DNA of 64,000 bases, taken from NCBI GenBank assembly GCA_051252135.1, contig JBPOGH010000002.1:322153-386152 (forward strand), read 5' to 3'. Below the pieces are notes generated by a model. The model was not told the origin of the DNA. It did no database searches and saw only the letters and a program-made list of their open reading frames with translations. The position numbers and the translations under genes were made by a program. Positions 29,774 through 40,274 of the stretch are shown here, piece after piece (within the stretch, counting starts at the first letter, position 1; each line of letters begins with the position of its first letter). The DNA comes from Verrucomicrobiaceae bacterium. GTDB lineage: Bacteria > Verrucomicrobiota > Verrucomicrobiia > Verrucomicrobiales > Akkermansiaceae.

Positions 29774-32215
29774 ATGCGATGTGCCCCTGTCCTGTCACTG
29801 CTCATTTCGAGCGTGGCTTTGGCATTTCCGGATAGTCCGGTGCCGAAGGAGAGGAGTGAGGGTGAGCATTGGGCGTTTGTGATGCCGGGGGCTCGGGAGG
29901 TGAGGGGGGAGGGGCACTCGGTGGATGGGCACTCGGTGGATGGGCTGTTGGTATCGGGGGATCTGGAGCCGGTGGGGGAGGCGAGTCGCGAGGTTTTGTT
30001 GCGTCGGGCGTGGTATGTGGTGACCGGTTTGTTACCGACGGAGGAGCAGTGGGAGCGATGGTTGGCGGACGGGCGGACGGGGGAGGCGTGGATGCGGGGG
30101 GTGGTTGAGGAGGCGCTGGCACAACCGGCATTTGGAGAGCGGTGGGCACGGCATTGGCTGGATGTGGCGCGGTATGCGGATACGAAGGGGGCGGCGATTA
30201 CGGACAGTGAGGACTATCCTTATGCGTATACGTATCGGGATTGGGTGATTGGGGCGTTCAATGCGGACCTTCCGTATGATGAGTTTGTGCATCGGCAGGT
30301 GGCGGCGGATTTGATGGGTCTGCCGGTGGAAGAGGAGGCGGCTCTGGGATTTTTGACGGTGGGGCGGGAGTATCAGGGCGGGCTCCGGCATTTGGTGGTG
30401 GCGGATCAGATTGATGTGACGATGCGGGGATTCATGGGGCTGACGGTGGCCTGTGCGCGCTGCCATGATCATAAGAGTGATCCGATTCCGACGGCGGATT
30501 TTTATAGTCTGTATGGGGTGTTCGCGAGTGCGGACATGCCGGCGAAGCTTCCGGTGATTCGGGAGCCAGAGGATTCGCCGGGGTATCGGGAGTTTTTGAG
30601 GAAGAGGCTGGAGTTGGCTGAGGCGGTGCACGGGTATGTGAAGGAGTGCCTGCCCGATTATGAGCGGCCGGAGGATGCGTTGGATTTTCATCCGCACCAC
30701 ACGCGGAAGTTGAATCAGACGCAGCGGGATAAGTTTCGCGGGTTGGTGGGGAAGGTGACGAAGTTTGAGGCGGGTTCGCCTTTTGCTCCGGCACGGGCGA
30801 TGGTGGTGCGGGAGGGGGCGAAGGCGGTGGAGCCGTATGTTTTTGAGCGGGGGAATCCGTCGGCGCGGGGGGAAGTGGTGCCGCGTCGTTTTTTGAAGAT
30901 TCTGCGTGAGAAGGGGGAAGTGTTTGAGGAGGGGAGTGGTCGGCTGGAGTTGGCTCATCGGCTGACGGATGAGCGGAATCCGTTGACGGCGCGGGTGTGG
31001 GCGAACCGGGTGTGGATGCATGTGATGGGGAGTCCGCTGGTGGATTCGCCGGGGGAGTTTGGGGTGGAGACGGAGGTGCCGTTGCAGCTGGCGGTGCTGG
31101 ATCATTTGGCGATTTATTTGGTGGAGAACGGGTGGTCGACGAAGGCACTCATTGCGCATGTGATGACATCGGAGGCATGGCGGCGTGAGAGTGGGGCGCG
31201 GGCGGAAGATATGGAGGTGGATCCGGAGAACCGGTATTTTATGCGGGCGAACCGAGTGCGGAAGGATTTGGAGGGGTGGCGGGATACGGCCTTGCAGGTG
31301 AGCGGGGAATTGGATTTGAAAATGGGAGGGACTCCGGTTGCTTTGGAGGCGGCTCCGTTTACGGGGAGGCGGACGATATACGGGAAGGTGCGGCGGGGAT
31401 ATTTGGAGTCGGTGATGCGGGCGTTTGACTTTCCGGGGTCGGAGGAGGCGCTGATGCGGCGGTCGGAGACGACGACGCCGATGCAGGCACTTTATTTGAT
31501 GAACAGTCCGGTGCTGCATGAGCAGGCGCGGGCGTTGGCGTCGGGAGTTGAGATTGGGGAGGAGGGGTTGAAGGGGATTTATGGGAGAGTGTTGCGGCGT
31601 GATCCGAGGGCGGATGAGATGGCGGCGGCCTTGGGGTGGCTGGCGAGAGCGCGGATGCAGCGGACGGCAGGGCCTTGGGAATATGGTTATGTGCGGGAGG
31701 GCTCGATGGAGTTTATGCCCTACGATCATTTTGTTGAGGGGAGTTGGCGGGGAGGGAGGACGTTACCGGATCCGGTGTTGGGGTATCTGCATTGGTCATC
31801 GGCGGGCGGGCATCCGGAGTTGGATAAGGCGACGGTGCTGAAATGGCGGTCGATGGAAGCGGGTGAGTTGAGGTTGGAGGGGCGACTGAACGTGCCGACC
31901 GACAAGGGGAACGGGGTGCGGGGGCGGTTGATGCGATCTGATGGCGAGGTGCTTGGTGAATGGCCGGTGGGTCCGGCAGGGGAGGTGTCGACGGAGGTTG
32001 GCGGGATTGTGGTGGGGGCGGGTGAGGAGCTTTGGTTCGTGGTGGATTCGCGGGGGGATCAGGGGTTTGATTCCTTTCAATGGTCGCCCCGTCTGATGGA
32101 TGGCGCGGAGGAAGTGGCGCATGCGGCGAGTGGTTTTTGCGGGCCGGGGCTGGAGCCGATGGCGCAACTGGCGCAGGTTCTTTTGTTGAGTAACGAATTT
32201 TTCTTCATCGACTGA
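29774..32215 (+). CDS. DUF1549/DUF1553 (PSD1) domain protein
   Basis: HWAF..P, GERWARHWLDVARYAD, CARCHDHK, SGRLELA, NPLTARVWANRVW, QALYLMNS, SNEF. Confidence 0.92.
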   Translation: MRCAPVLSLLISSVALAFPDSPVPKERSEGEHWAFVMPGAREVRGEGHSVDGHSVDGLLVSGDLEPVGEASREVLLRRAWYVVTGLLPTEEQWERWLADGRTGEAWMRGVVEEALAQPAFGERWARHWLDVARYADTKGAAITDSEDYPYAYTYRDWVIGAFNADLPYDEFVHRQVAADLMGLPVEEEAALGFLTVGREYQGGLRHLVVADQIDVTMRGFMGLTVACARCHDHKSDPIPTADFYSLYGVFASADMPAKLPVIREPEDSPGYREFLRKRLELAEAVHGYVKECLPDYERPEDALDFHPHHTRKLNQTQRDKFRGLVGKVTKFEAGSPFAPARAMVVREGAKAVEPYVFERGNPSARGEVVPRRFLKILREKGEVFEEGSGRLELAHRLTDERNPLTARVWANRVWMHVMGSPLVDSPGEFGVETEVPLQLAVLDHLAIYLVENGWSTKALIAHVMTSEAWRRESGARAEDMEVDPENRYFMRANRVRKDLEGWRDTALQVSGELDLKMGGTPVALEAAPFTGRRTIYGKVRRGYLESVMRAFDFPGSEEALMRRSETTTPMQALYLMNSPVLHEQARALASGVEIGEEGLKGIYGRVLRRDPRADEMAAALGWLARARMQRTAGPWEYGYVREGSMEFMPYDHFVEGSWRGGRTLPDPVLGYLHWSSAGGHPELDKATVLKWRSMEAGELRLEGRLNVPTDKGNGVRGRLMRSDGEVLGEWPVGPAGEVSTEVGGIVVGAGEELWFVVDSRGDQGFDSFQWSPRLMDGAEEVAHAASGFCGPGLEPMAQLAQVLLLSNEFFFID

Positions 32216-32216
32216 T

Positions 32217-33644
32217 ATGGATCATCACGACTTCGGGCATGGCGGGTTCATTGGAACGCGGCGGGAATTTCTTTCGCGTTGCGGGATGGGGATGGGTGCG
32301 CTGGCGATGGGAGGGATGCCACAGGCGTTGGCGGCGGGGGCGAACAGTCCGTTGGCTCCAAAGATCCCCCAGTCGGGCGGGAAGGCCAAGGCGGTGATTC
32401 ATTTGTTCATGAACGGGGGGCCATCGCAGGTGGACACTTTTGACCCGAAGCCGGAGTTGGCGAAGTGGGACGGGAAGAAGATTCCGCTGGAGCTCAAGAC
32501 GGAGCGGCCGACGGGGATGGCGATGAAGTCGCCTTTTGCGTTTCAGAAGTACGGGGAGAGCGGGCTGGAGGTGTCAGATCTTTTTCCAAGGGTGGGGGCG
32601 TGTGCGGATGATTTGTGCGTGATTCGGTCGATGCATGCGGATGTGCCGAACCATGAGCCGTCGCTGCTGCTGATGAATTGCGGGGACTCGCGGCTTCCGC
32701 GACCGAGTGTGGGATCGTGGGTGACTTACGGGCTGGGGACGGAGAATGAGAACCTGCCGGGATTTATAGCGATGTGTCCGGGGGGGTATCCGATTTCGCG
32801 GACGCAGAACTGGCAGTCGGGATTTTTGCCGGCGGCGTATCAGGGGAATTATGTGGATTCCAAAAACGAGGATCCGACGAAGCTGATTGAGCACATTGTG
32901 CCCAAGCATCTGGAGCGGTCACGGCAGCGGGAGCAGCTCGATTTTTTGCGGAGCTTGAACGAGAAGCATGCGGAGGAGCGGGGTCGGGATTCGGTGCTGG
33001 AGGCGCGGCTGGAGAGCTTTGAGTTGGCCTACCGGATGCAGCTGGAAGCGACGGATGCTTTTGATATTTCCAGGGAGCCGCAATACATTCGCGATCTATA
33101 CGGAGATACCTTGCAGGGGAGGCAGATGTTGATCACGCGGAGGTTGGTGGAGCGAGGGGTTCGCTTTGTGCAGGTGTGGCATGGCTCGGGGCAGCCGTGG
33201 GACAATCATGATGATCTGGAAGTGAATCATCGAAGGCTTGCGGGTGAATGTGATCAGGCGATAGCGGCCTTGCTGACCGATTTAAAGATGCGGGGGATGC
33301 TGGATGAGACGCTGGTGGTGTGGGGGGGTGAGTTTGGGAGGACTCCGGTGGTGGAGATGCCGAAGGCGGGGACGAATGCGGGGAAGTTGAACGGACGGGA
33401 TCACAATCATTATGGATTTACGACCTGGCTTGCGGGAGGAGGGGTGAAGGGGGGGATGGTCCATGGGGCGACGGACGAATTTGGCTTTGCGGCGGTGGAG
33501 GACAAGGTGCACGTGCATGATCTGCATGCGACGATGTTGCACCTGTTGGGCTTTGATCATGAGGAACTGACGTATCGATACTCGGGGCGTGATTTTCGTT
33601 TAACCGATGTGCACGGGGAAGTGATCGAGGACATCCTTGCCTAA
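32217..33644 (+). CDS. DUF1501 sulfatase-like protein, Tat-exported
   Basis: TRREFL, FMNGGPSQVDTFDPKP, GEFGRTP, GRDH, HVHDLHAT. Confidence 0.93.
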   Translation: MDHHDFGHGGFIGTRREFLSRCGMGMGALAMGGMPQALAAGANSPLAPKIPQSGGKAKAVIHLFMNGGPSQVDTFDPKPELAKWDGKKIPLELKTERPTGMAMKSPFAFQKYGESGLEVSDLFPRVGACADDLCVIRSMHADVPNHEPSLLLMNCGDSRLPRPSVGSWVTYGLGTENENLPGFIAMCPGGYPISRTQNWQSGFLPAAYQGNYVDSKNEDPTKLIEHIVPKHLERSRQREQLDFLRSLNEKHAEERGRDSVLEARLESFELAYRMQLEATDAFDISREPQYIRDLYGDTLQGRQMLITRRLVERGVRFVQVWHGSGQPWDNHDDLEVNHRRLAGECDQAIAALLTDLKMRGMLDETLVVWGGEFGRTPVVEMPKAGTNAGKLNGRDHNHYGFTTWLAGGGVKGGMVHGATDEFGFAAVEDKVHVHDLHATMLHLLGFDHEELTYRYSGRDFRLTDVHGEVIEDILA

Positions 33645-33741
33645 GAGGCCATCTGAACAATGCCCAAGGAGTGTTCTGATTTTGGGGTCTTGAAGGAATT
33701 GCAGCTTCGCAGCACTCATTCGGCATTTTTCAGACGGCCTC
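33645..33741. mobile_element. MITE-like element, 97 bp (internally deleted relative of 57503-57698)
   Basis: 20-bp TIR GAGGCC(A/G)TCTGAA(C/A)AATGCC with 18/20 match; both arms align to the 57.5 kb element. Confidence 0.75.
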
Positions 33742-33792
33742 TATGCTTGGGCGTTGCCTTTGCGGGTAAAATATGTAGTTTTGCTGATATTC

Positions 33793-34344
33793 ATGTTGGG
33801 TCGAATGATTATGGGGGGTCTGATAGGGGTGGTTTTATGTTCGTGCGGCGGGTCGCCGATTCCGATTGAAGGGTTGACCCCGGAAATCCATTCCTCTGAT
33901 AGCGGGAATCCACAGGAGCGTGCGTTGATCGGGTTGATTCGTGCCCACCCGAAGCAGAAGCGGGCGGAGTTAATTTACGATGTCCGACTGGCTGCCGCGG
34001 CGAGGGACAAGGCGCAGGACATGGCGGTGCAGGGATATTTTGCGCACGAGGATTTGGATGGCACGGGGCCCAACTTCCGGGTGCTGGCAACGGGATACCG
34101 GTTGCCGACGGTGTTTCGGGCATTTAAGAAATCGAATCAAATTGAATCGATTGTGGCGGGGAATGGCGGGGCGGTGGAGACGATGAAGCAGTTGATGAAA
34201 TCGGGGGCCCACAAGAGTCACGTGTTGGCCACCGGACCCTTCTATCGGGATCAGGTTTACTATGGGACGGGTTATTTTCATTACCCCAATTCGAAGTACC
34301 GTCACTACTGGGTGGTGTTGACCGCGCCCCCTGAAATTGAGTGA
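33793..34344 (+). CDS. CAP/SCP domain lipoprotein
   Basis: LCSCGG lipobox-like; AARDKAQDMA.QGYFAH, ESIVAG, SGAHKSHVL, YWV. Confidence 0.8.
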   Translation: MLGRMIMGGLIGVVLCSCGGSPIPIEGLTPEIHSSDSGNPQERALIGLIRAHPKQKRAELIYDVRLAAAARDKAQDMAVQGYFAHEDLDGTGPNFRVLATGYRLPTVFRAFKKSNQIESIVAGNGGAVETMKQLMKSGAHKSHVLATGPFYRDQVYYGTGYFHYPNSKYRHYWVVLTAPPEIE

Positions 34345-34436
34345 ACGAATGTGCCAAAAAAACAGCAATTAGAAGTGGTTTTATTACGGAAGCCCGTTAT
34401 TGTTTGAATAACCCAGTTACTTAAACCGTTTATACC

Positions 34437-34853
34437 ATGATGAAAACATCCAGACTTTTTCTCACCGTGATCGTAGGCGGGGCCCTTGTGTCCTGCACCC
34501 AGACCCAACAACAATACGGAGCCGGTGGTGCATTGGCCGGAGCCGCAGCCGGAGCCCTCTTGGGTGATGACAGCAGTGATGTGATCCGTGGGGCGGCGAT
34601 CGGTGGCGCAGCCGGAGTGGGAACCGCAGCTTACAAAGAGAACCAGAACCGGAAAGCCGGAGCCTACAATACGGGGGGAGATTACCAGACTCCGGTTCCC
34701 CAGGCACCGGGATATTTGAAAGGCACGCCGACGAATCGGGCGGGAATCGTGCGCAGTCCGCACGCTCCGTATCACGAGGTCAATGTGAGCACCTTCAAGT
34801 CCGGAGAGCTCGCGCGTGATCCTTACACCAAGGAAGTGTTCCTGGTCCCCTAG
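34437..34853 (+). CDS. Glycine-zipper lipoprotein
   Basis: ALVSC lipobox; GAGGALAGAAAGA, GAAIGGAAG. Confidence 0.8.
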   Translation: MMKTSRLFLTVIVGGALVSCTQTQQQYGAGGALAGAAAGALLGDDSSDVIRGAAIGGAAGVGTAAYKENQNRKAGAYNTGGDYQTPVPQAPGYLKGTPTNRAGIVRSPHAPYHEVNVSTFKSGELARDPYTKEVFLVP

Positions 34854-34872
34854 GAAGCAATTTTTAGAATTG

Positions 34873-34911
34873 AAAGCCCCGCTATCGGTTGTCCGGTAGC
34901 GGGGTTTTTTT
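34873..34911 (+). terminator. Intrinsic terminator
   Basis: AAAGCCCCGCTATCGG-TTGT-CCGGTAGCGGGGTTTTTTT. Confidence 0.85.
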
Positions 34912-34977
34912 GTGGGTTGGGTTCGATGGCGATGAAGATCGATGGTCGAAGGGGGGGAAACTTGTTAGGGTTGGGGC

Positions 34978-35655
34978 ATGGCACCGTTTCTGGCATTGAT
35001 TATTATTGTTCTGGTAGCGCTTCTTCTTGTGCGGCTGGGGACGATTGCGCTGGAGTTGACAGGGATGTCCCAACCGGTGGCGCAGTTTCAGGCGGCGTCG
35101 GCCTTTTTCGGGGTGGGGTTTACGACGAAGGAGGCGGAGCTGGTGGTGGATCATCCGGTGCGGCGGCGGATTATTTTACACCTGATTGTGGCGGGAAATA
35201 TTGGGCTGACGTCGGCGCTAGCGACCTTGCTGGTGACCTTTATGAAGGATTCTGATCGTGAGATTGGGTCGACCTTTGCGTGGTTGGGCCTGACGGGTTT
35301 GGTGATTCTGGCGATTGCGCTGCTCTTCAATGTGAAGGTGCTGCGGATGCCGCTGGACGCGCTGATGCAGTGGACGCTGAAGCGGTCGGGTCTGGTGCAT
35401 ATTCAGGATTACGATTATCTTCTGAATTTGCGGGATGGTTACGTGGTTTACGACAAGGAGATGGGGCCGGATCATCCTTGGGTGGGGAGAGCGCTCTGGG
35501 AGAGCCGGCCGTCCGATGTGGGCGTGGTGGTGCTGGGGATTTACCGGGCCGAGGGCGAGTTTGTGGGGGCACCGGACAAGAATGCCATGGTGCATGAGGG
35601 GGACGTCCTGATGGTCTACGGGAAGAACGAAGACGTGGTGAAGGCTCTTGATTGA
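34978..35655 (+). CDS. TrkA-C (RCK_C) domain membrane protein
   Basis: ALELTGMS..A.FQA.SAF.GVGFTT.EAE; VLGIYR...P...GDVLMVYG. Confidence 0.85.
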   Translation: MAPFLALIIIVLVALLLVRLGTIALELTGMSQPVAQFQAASAFFGVGFTTKEAELVVDHPVRRRIILHLIVAGNIGLTSALATLLVTFMKDSDREIGSTFAWLGLTGLVILAIALLFNVKVLRMPLDALMQWTLKRSGLVHIQDYDYLLNLRDGYVVYDKEMGPDHPWVGRALWESRPSDVGVVVLGIYRAEGEFVGAPDKNAMVHEGDVLMVYGKNEDVVKALD

Positions 35656-35660
35656 GTCTT

Positions 35661-36536
35661 TTAAATGCCGAGTTCTTTGAGGAGGGCGTTGGTGGCGTGG
35701 CCGTATTCGACGTAGGAGTCGTAGCACTGCTGCCAGTCGGGTTCGGCGCCATCGGTGGCGTGGAAGACGGTAGCGACGTGGGGCTCGATGGCGAGGCCGC
35801 CGGTGTAGCCGTCGGCTTTGAGCTCGGAGAGGATTTCGCGGACCTTGGCCTGGCCTTCACCGGGGAGGGTGTATTGGGCGGGTTCGGTCTCGCCGGTAGG
35901 TGGATTGGTGCAGTCCTTGATGTGGACGTGGACGACGTGGTCCTTGACCTTTTGGTAGAATTCGAGGGGGTCCTGCCAGGGAAAGGGCTCGGCTTTTGAG
36001 CGGTCGAGCTGGAAGACGGGGTTGGCGGTGTCGAAGACGAGTTTGAGGCCGGGGACTTCGTCGACGAGGCGGAGGGTGTGGTCGGCCGAGAAGCCGCCCC
36101 AGTTCATGCAGTTTTCGTGGATGGCCTGGAGGCCGGCATCGGCGAAGCGGGCGTGGATTTCGCGGAGGCGGCGGAAGCGTTCCTGTTCGTGTTGGTCGCT
36201 GCCCCAGGGTTCCTGGGCGTAGGACATGATGCGGATGAGCTTGGTGCCGAGGCGCTGCATGCGGGGGATGGCGCGATCGACCTCGGCGAGGGTGATGTCG
36301 AAATCGGAGTCGATTTTTTTGCCCCAGTTGCCGATGAGGGAGCCGAACTCGGGGACGGTGATGCCGTAGGCGGCGAGTTGGTCGGCGACGGCGTCGAACT
36401 CGTGTTCGGGGAGTTCATGGATGTTGGATCCGTTGACGCCACGGGCGGAGATGCGGGACCAGCCGATTTCCTTGGTGGCTTTGATCTGGGTGGTGAGGTC
36501 TTGGGCTGCTTCGTCGGCGAATCCGGTGAGATACAT
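35661..36536 (-). CDS. Sugar phosphate isomerase/epimerase (xylose-isomerase-like TIM barrel)
   Basis: GFADEA, HEN, FDTAN, HVHIKD, IEPH. Confidence 0.88.
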   Translation of the reverse strand: MYLTGFADEAAQDLTTQIKATKEIGWSRISARGVNGSNIHELPEHEFDAVADQLAAYGITVPEFGSLIGNWGKKIDSDFDITLAEVDRAIPRMQRLGTKLIRIMSYAQEPWGSDQHEQERFRRLREIHARFADAGLQAIHENCMNWGGFSADHTLRLVDEVPGLKLVFDTANPVFQLDRSKAEPFPWQDPLEFYQKVKDHVVHVHIKDCTNPPTGETEPAQYTLPGEGQAKVREILSELKADGYTGGLAIEPHVATVFHATDGAEPDWQQCYDSYVEYGHATNALLKELGI

Positions 36537-36607
36537 GGGGATTTGTTTAACGGTTGGAGGCGAGATGAGGAACTCTAAAGAAGGGGATTCTTTGGAAGGG
36601 AGGTCGA

Positions 36608-38191
36608 TTATTTGGTGCCGAGGGTTTCTTCCATGTCCTCGAGGGAGATGCCTTTTGTTTCGGGGACCATGAAGTGGACCCAGAGGAGGTGGAGGATCAT
36701 CATGAAGCAGAAGAAGGCGAAGAGGGCGGTGGGTGAGAAGGCGGCTACGGCCATGGGGAAGAGGAGAGTGAGGAGGGCGGCGAAGAGCCAGTGGGTGCCG
36801 CTGCCGAAGGATTGGCCGAAGGCGCGGGCGCGATTCGGGAAAATTTCGGAGATGAAGACCCAGATGACGGCTCCTTGTCCGATGGCGTGGGCGGCGATGA
36901 AGCCTACGATGCAGATCAGGACCACGGTGCTACCGGACCCTGTTTGATCGGAAGCTTTTTGAAGCGCGGACTCGGCAATGGTGACATTTTCCTGCTCGGT
37001 GAGGGTGGGGGGGATTGAGAGAGGCTCTCCTTGGTAGGCGTCATCCTGTGAAGCGGTGACGAGGGCGGCGCGGGCTTCCTCGAATCCCTTGGTGGCACGG
37101 AGGCGCTTTTGTTCGGAGAGGTCGGCTTTGGCGACGAGTGCGCTGGCGCCCTTAAAATTAATGGCGGCTTCGGCGACCTGGAAGGGGGCTTTGAAGTGCG
37201 AGAAGGCCCAGGCGCAGATGCCGAGGGAGATGATGTAGCCGAAGGAGCCGATGTAGAGGAGGGTGCGGCGGCCGATCTTATCGATGAGGCGAAGCCCGAT
37301 GAGGGTGAAGACGAGGTTCACGAGAGTCACAAGCGAGGAGTTGATAAGTCCGGCTGAGGTGTCGATTCCGGTCATGCCGAAGATGCGGGGCGAGAAGCCG
37401 AGGATGGCGTTGATGCCGGAGAGTTGGTTGAAGAAGGCGATGAGGAAGGCGAGGGCGATGGGGAGCTTGAGCTTGCCCCAGTTGAGGCCCGCTTTGGTTT
37501 GGGGTTGGTCATCGGCTTGTTCGATCTCGACGACTTTGGCCTCGAGTTGTTCGGGGGTGAAATCGGGGTTGATTTGAGCGAGGATTTTTTTGCCTTCTTC
37601 GCGGCGGTTGTTGTCGATGAGCCAGCGCGGGCTTTCGGGGAGGGTGAGGCACATGACGCTGTAGATGAGGGCGGGGACGGCCTCGACGGCGAGCATCCAG
37701 CGCCAGGAGTCGACATCGACGACCTGCCGGACGATGTAGTTGGAGATGGTGGCGATGAGGAGGCCGAAGACGATATTGAACTGGAACATGCCGGTGAGGC
37801 GTCCGCGTCGTGCGGCGGGTGATATTTCGGCAATGAAGATGGGAGCGGCGACGGTGGAGATGCCGACGCCGATGCCGCCGAGGATGCGGAAGAGGGCGAA
37901 GGAGGTGACGTCGGTAGCCATGGCGGATCCGATGGCGGAGACGAAGTAGAGGAGGCCGATGGCCATGAGGGTTTTCTTGCGGCCGAACCTATTGGCGGGG
38001 ATGCCGCCGAGGAGGGAGCCGATGACGGTGCCCCAGATGGCGGCGCTGATGGCCCAGCCGTGTTGGGTGGGAGTGAGGTCCCAGAGTTTTTCGATCTGTT
38101 GTTCGACGCCGGAGATGACCATGAGGTCGAAGCCGAAGATGAAGCCTGCGAGGGAGCAGGTGATGGCCCAGTAGAGGAGACGGTTGTTCAT
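36608..38191 (-). CDS. Sugar porter family MFS transporter
   Basis: GFIFGFD, RFGRK, PESPRWL, NQLSGINA, DKIGRR, VPETKG. Confidence 0.93.
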   Translation of the reverse strand: MNNRLLYWAITCSLAGFIFGFDLMVISGVEQQIEKLWDLTPTQHGWAISAAIWGTVIGSLLGGIPANRFGRKKTLMAIGLLYFVSAIGSAMATDVTSFALFRILGGIGVGISTVAAPIFIAEISPAARRGRLTGMFQFNIVFGLLIATISNYIVRQVVDVDSWRWMLAVEAVPALIYSVMCLTLPESPRWLIDNNRREEGKKILAQINPDFTPEQLEAKVVEIEQADDQPQTKAGLNWGKLKLPIALAFLIAFFNQLSGINAILGFSPRIFGMTGIDTSAGLINSSLVTLVNLVFTLIGLRLIDKIGRRTLLYIGSFGYIISLGICAWAFSHFKAPFQVAEAAINFKGASALVAKADLSEQKRLRATKGFEEARAALVTASQDDAYQGEPLSIPPTLTEQENVTIAESALQKASDQTGSGSTVVLICIVGFIAAHAIGQGAVIWVFISEIFPNRARAFGQSFGSGTHWLFAALLTLLFPMAVAAFSPTALFAFFCFMMILHLLWVHFMVPETKGISLEDMEETLGTK

Positions 38192-39096
38192 TTTGAGTGT
38201 GTGTTGAGGAGTTGGTGGCCGAGGGCGACGCAGCCGAGGAGGCCGGCGTTATCGCCGAGGGCGGGAGGGACGATGAAGTCGGAGAGGTCGTTCTGAAGGG
38301 CGGGTTGGCTGAGGTAGCCGTTGAGGAGTTCCTTGAGTTGTTGGCGGACGAGGGGGAAGAGGTGTTGCTGGTGCATGACGCCGCCGCCGAGGATGATGCG
38401 CTGAGGCGGGGCGATGGTGAGGAGGTTGAGGCAGGCTTGGGCGAGGTAGTGGGCCTCCATTTCCCAGGCGGGGTGGTCGGAGGGGAGTTCCTGGGCGGGG
38501 GTTTGCCAGCGGGCGTTGATGGCGGTGCCGGCGGCGAGGCCTTCGAGGCAGTCGTGGTGGAAGGGGCAGGAGCCGGCGAAGGGGTCGTCGGGGTGTCGAT
38601 TGATGCGCATGTGTCCCATCTCGGTGTGGCCCATGCCGTGGATGAGTTGGTTGGCGATCATGACGCCGCCGCCGATGCCGGTGCCGATGGTGAAGTAGGC
38701 GGCGTTATTGAGTCCTTGGGCGGCGCCCCAGCGGGCTTCTCCGGCGAGGGCGGCGTTGACATCGGTATCAAAAATGGCGGGGACGCGGAGGGCATCGCGG
38801 ATGGGGGAAAGGAAGTCGGTGTTGGTCCAACCGGCCTTGGGAGTGGCGGTGATGTGCCCGTAGGTGGGGGAAGAGGGATCGATATCGGCAGGGCCGAAGG
38901 TGCCGATGGCGAGGGCCTCGGGAGAGCCGTGTTGGGCGGCGGCCTTTTGGAAGAAGGCGATGAGGGCGGGGATGGTATCGCCCGGGGTGGTGGTAGGGAT
39001 GCGTTCGCGGATGCGGATGTCGTCGGGGCCGGAGGCGAGGGCGGCGACCATTTTAGTTCCTCCGGATTCGAGAGTGGCGATGAGCGGTTGTGGCAT
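38188..39096 (-). CDS. ROK-family sugar kinase (fructokinase-like)
   Basis: ESGGTK, FGP, TDVNAA, TIGTGIGGG, EMGH, CPFHHDCLEGLA. Confidence 0.9.
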   Translation of the reverse strand: MPQPLIATLESGGTKMVAALASGPDDIRIRERIPTTTPGDTIPALIAFFQKAAAQHGSPEALAIGTFGPADIDPSSPTYGHITATPKAGWTNTDFLSPIRDALRVPAIFDTDVNAALAGEARWGAAQGLNNAAYFTIGTGIGGGVMIANQLIHGMGHTEMGHMRINRHPDDPFAGSCPFHHDCLEGLAAGTAINARWQTPAQELPSDHPAWEMEAHYLAQACLNLLTIAPPQRIILGGGVMHQQHLFPLVRQQLKELLNGYLSQPALQNDLSDFIVPPALGDNAGLLGCVALGHQLLNTHSK

Positions 39097-39178
39097 TGAA
39101 GGGGGAGAATTATCAGTTAGAGGAAGAGCGGGCGACTCGGAATTCGACATTTTTGGAGAACCTTTTCATGCTGCGGGT

Positions 39179-40234
39179 ATGAGAATGATTTTGCTGATGG
39201 TGGCCATGGTGCTTCCGATGAAGGGGGAGAACCGGATGACGGAGGAGCAGGCGGGGGAGTTTGTGGAGTTGGCGCTGGCGGGGTTGGCGAAGGAGTATCC
39301 GAATAAGATCTCGGTGGTGCTGAAGGAGAAGAAGGATTTGAAGACGCCGCAGGAGATGTTTCCGGTGTTTTACGGTCACTTTGACTGGCACTCGTCGGTG
39401 CATGGTCATTGGACGCTGGTGCGGTTGCTGCGGATGTATCCGGAGGCAGATTGGCAGGAGGAGGTGCGGGGGGCGTTGGGGGCGAAGTTTTCCGAGGAGA
39501 AGCTCAAGAAGGAGGCGGCTTATCTGGAGGCGAATCCGTCGTTTGAGCGGATGTATGGCTGGGCGTGGGCGCTGCGGTTGGGGGTGGAGTTGCGCGGGTT
39601 GGATGATGAGGACGGGAAGAAGTGGGCGCGGTGGTATGGTCCGGTGGAGGAGGTGATAGTGAAGCACGCGAAGGGTTATTTGCCGAAGCTGGATTGGCCG
39701 ATCCGGTGCGGGTTTCATCCGGAGTCATCCTTTGCGCTGGGGCAGTTGCTCGACTGGGCGAGGGCGACGGGGGATGTGGAGTTTGAGAAGTTACTGGTGG
39801 CGAAGGCGAGTGACTTTTATTTGAAGGATGAGGCGTATCCGGTGCGCTACGAGCCGAGCGGGAATGATTTTTTTTCGGCGGGACTGAATGAAGCGGACCT
39901 GATGCGGCGGGTGCTGACGGTGAAGGATTTCCGGAAGTGGCTGGGGTCGTTTTTTCCGAAGGGGGACTTGGGGAATTTGGAGGATCCGGCGACGGTGAGT
40001 GATTTGACGGACGGGCATCTGGTGCACTTGGCGGGGCTGAATCTGAACCGGGCATGGGACCTGCGCGGGATTGCGAGTGCGCTGGAGGGGGTGGAGAAGG
40101 AGAGGTTTTTAAGGATTGCGAAGGAGCATGAGGAGGCGGGGCTGAAGCAGATTTTCAGCGGGAGTTATGCGGGGGAGCATTGGCTGGGGTCGTTTGCGAC
40201 ATACCTGCTGACGGGGGTGGGGGAGGAGGGTTAG
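39179..40234 (+). CDS. DUF2891 domain protein
   Basis: EYPNK, FYGHFDWHSSVHGHW, FERMYGWAW, HLAGLNLNRAW, YAGEHWL. Confidence 0.85.
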   Translation: MRMILLMVAMVLPMKGENRMTEEQAGEFVELALAGLAKEYPNKISVVLKEKKDLKTPQEMFPVFYGHFDWHSSVHGHWTLVRLLRMYPEADWQEEVRGALGAKFSEEKLKKEAAYLEANPSFERMYGWAWALRLGVELRGLDDEDGKKWARWYGPVEEVIVKHAKGYLPKLDWPIRCGFHPESSFALGQLLDWARATGDVEFEKLLVAKASDFYLKDEAYPVRYEPSGNDFFSAGLNEADLMRRVLTVKDFRKWLGSFFPKGDLGNLEDPATVSDLTDGHLVHLAGLNLNRAWDLRGIASALEGVEKERFLRIAKEHEEAGLKQIFSGSYAGEHWLGSFATYLLTGVGEEG

Positions 40235-40274
40235 GAATTAGGAATTGGGAATTGGCTTGGTTGGGGGGGGGATT

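Noticed and set aside
29912..29945. 15-nt tandem duplication (GHSVD x2) in the DUF1549 gene
   Set aside because: In-frame, two copies only, in a variable linker; ordinary slippage.
29562..33741. Composite transposon carrying the DUF1549/DUF1501 pair
   Set aside because: The flanking MITEs have different TIRs, no shared target duplication is visible, and the cargo has host-like composition.
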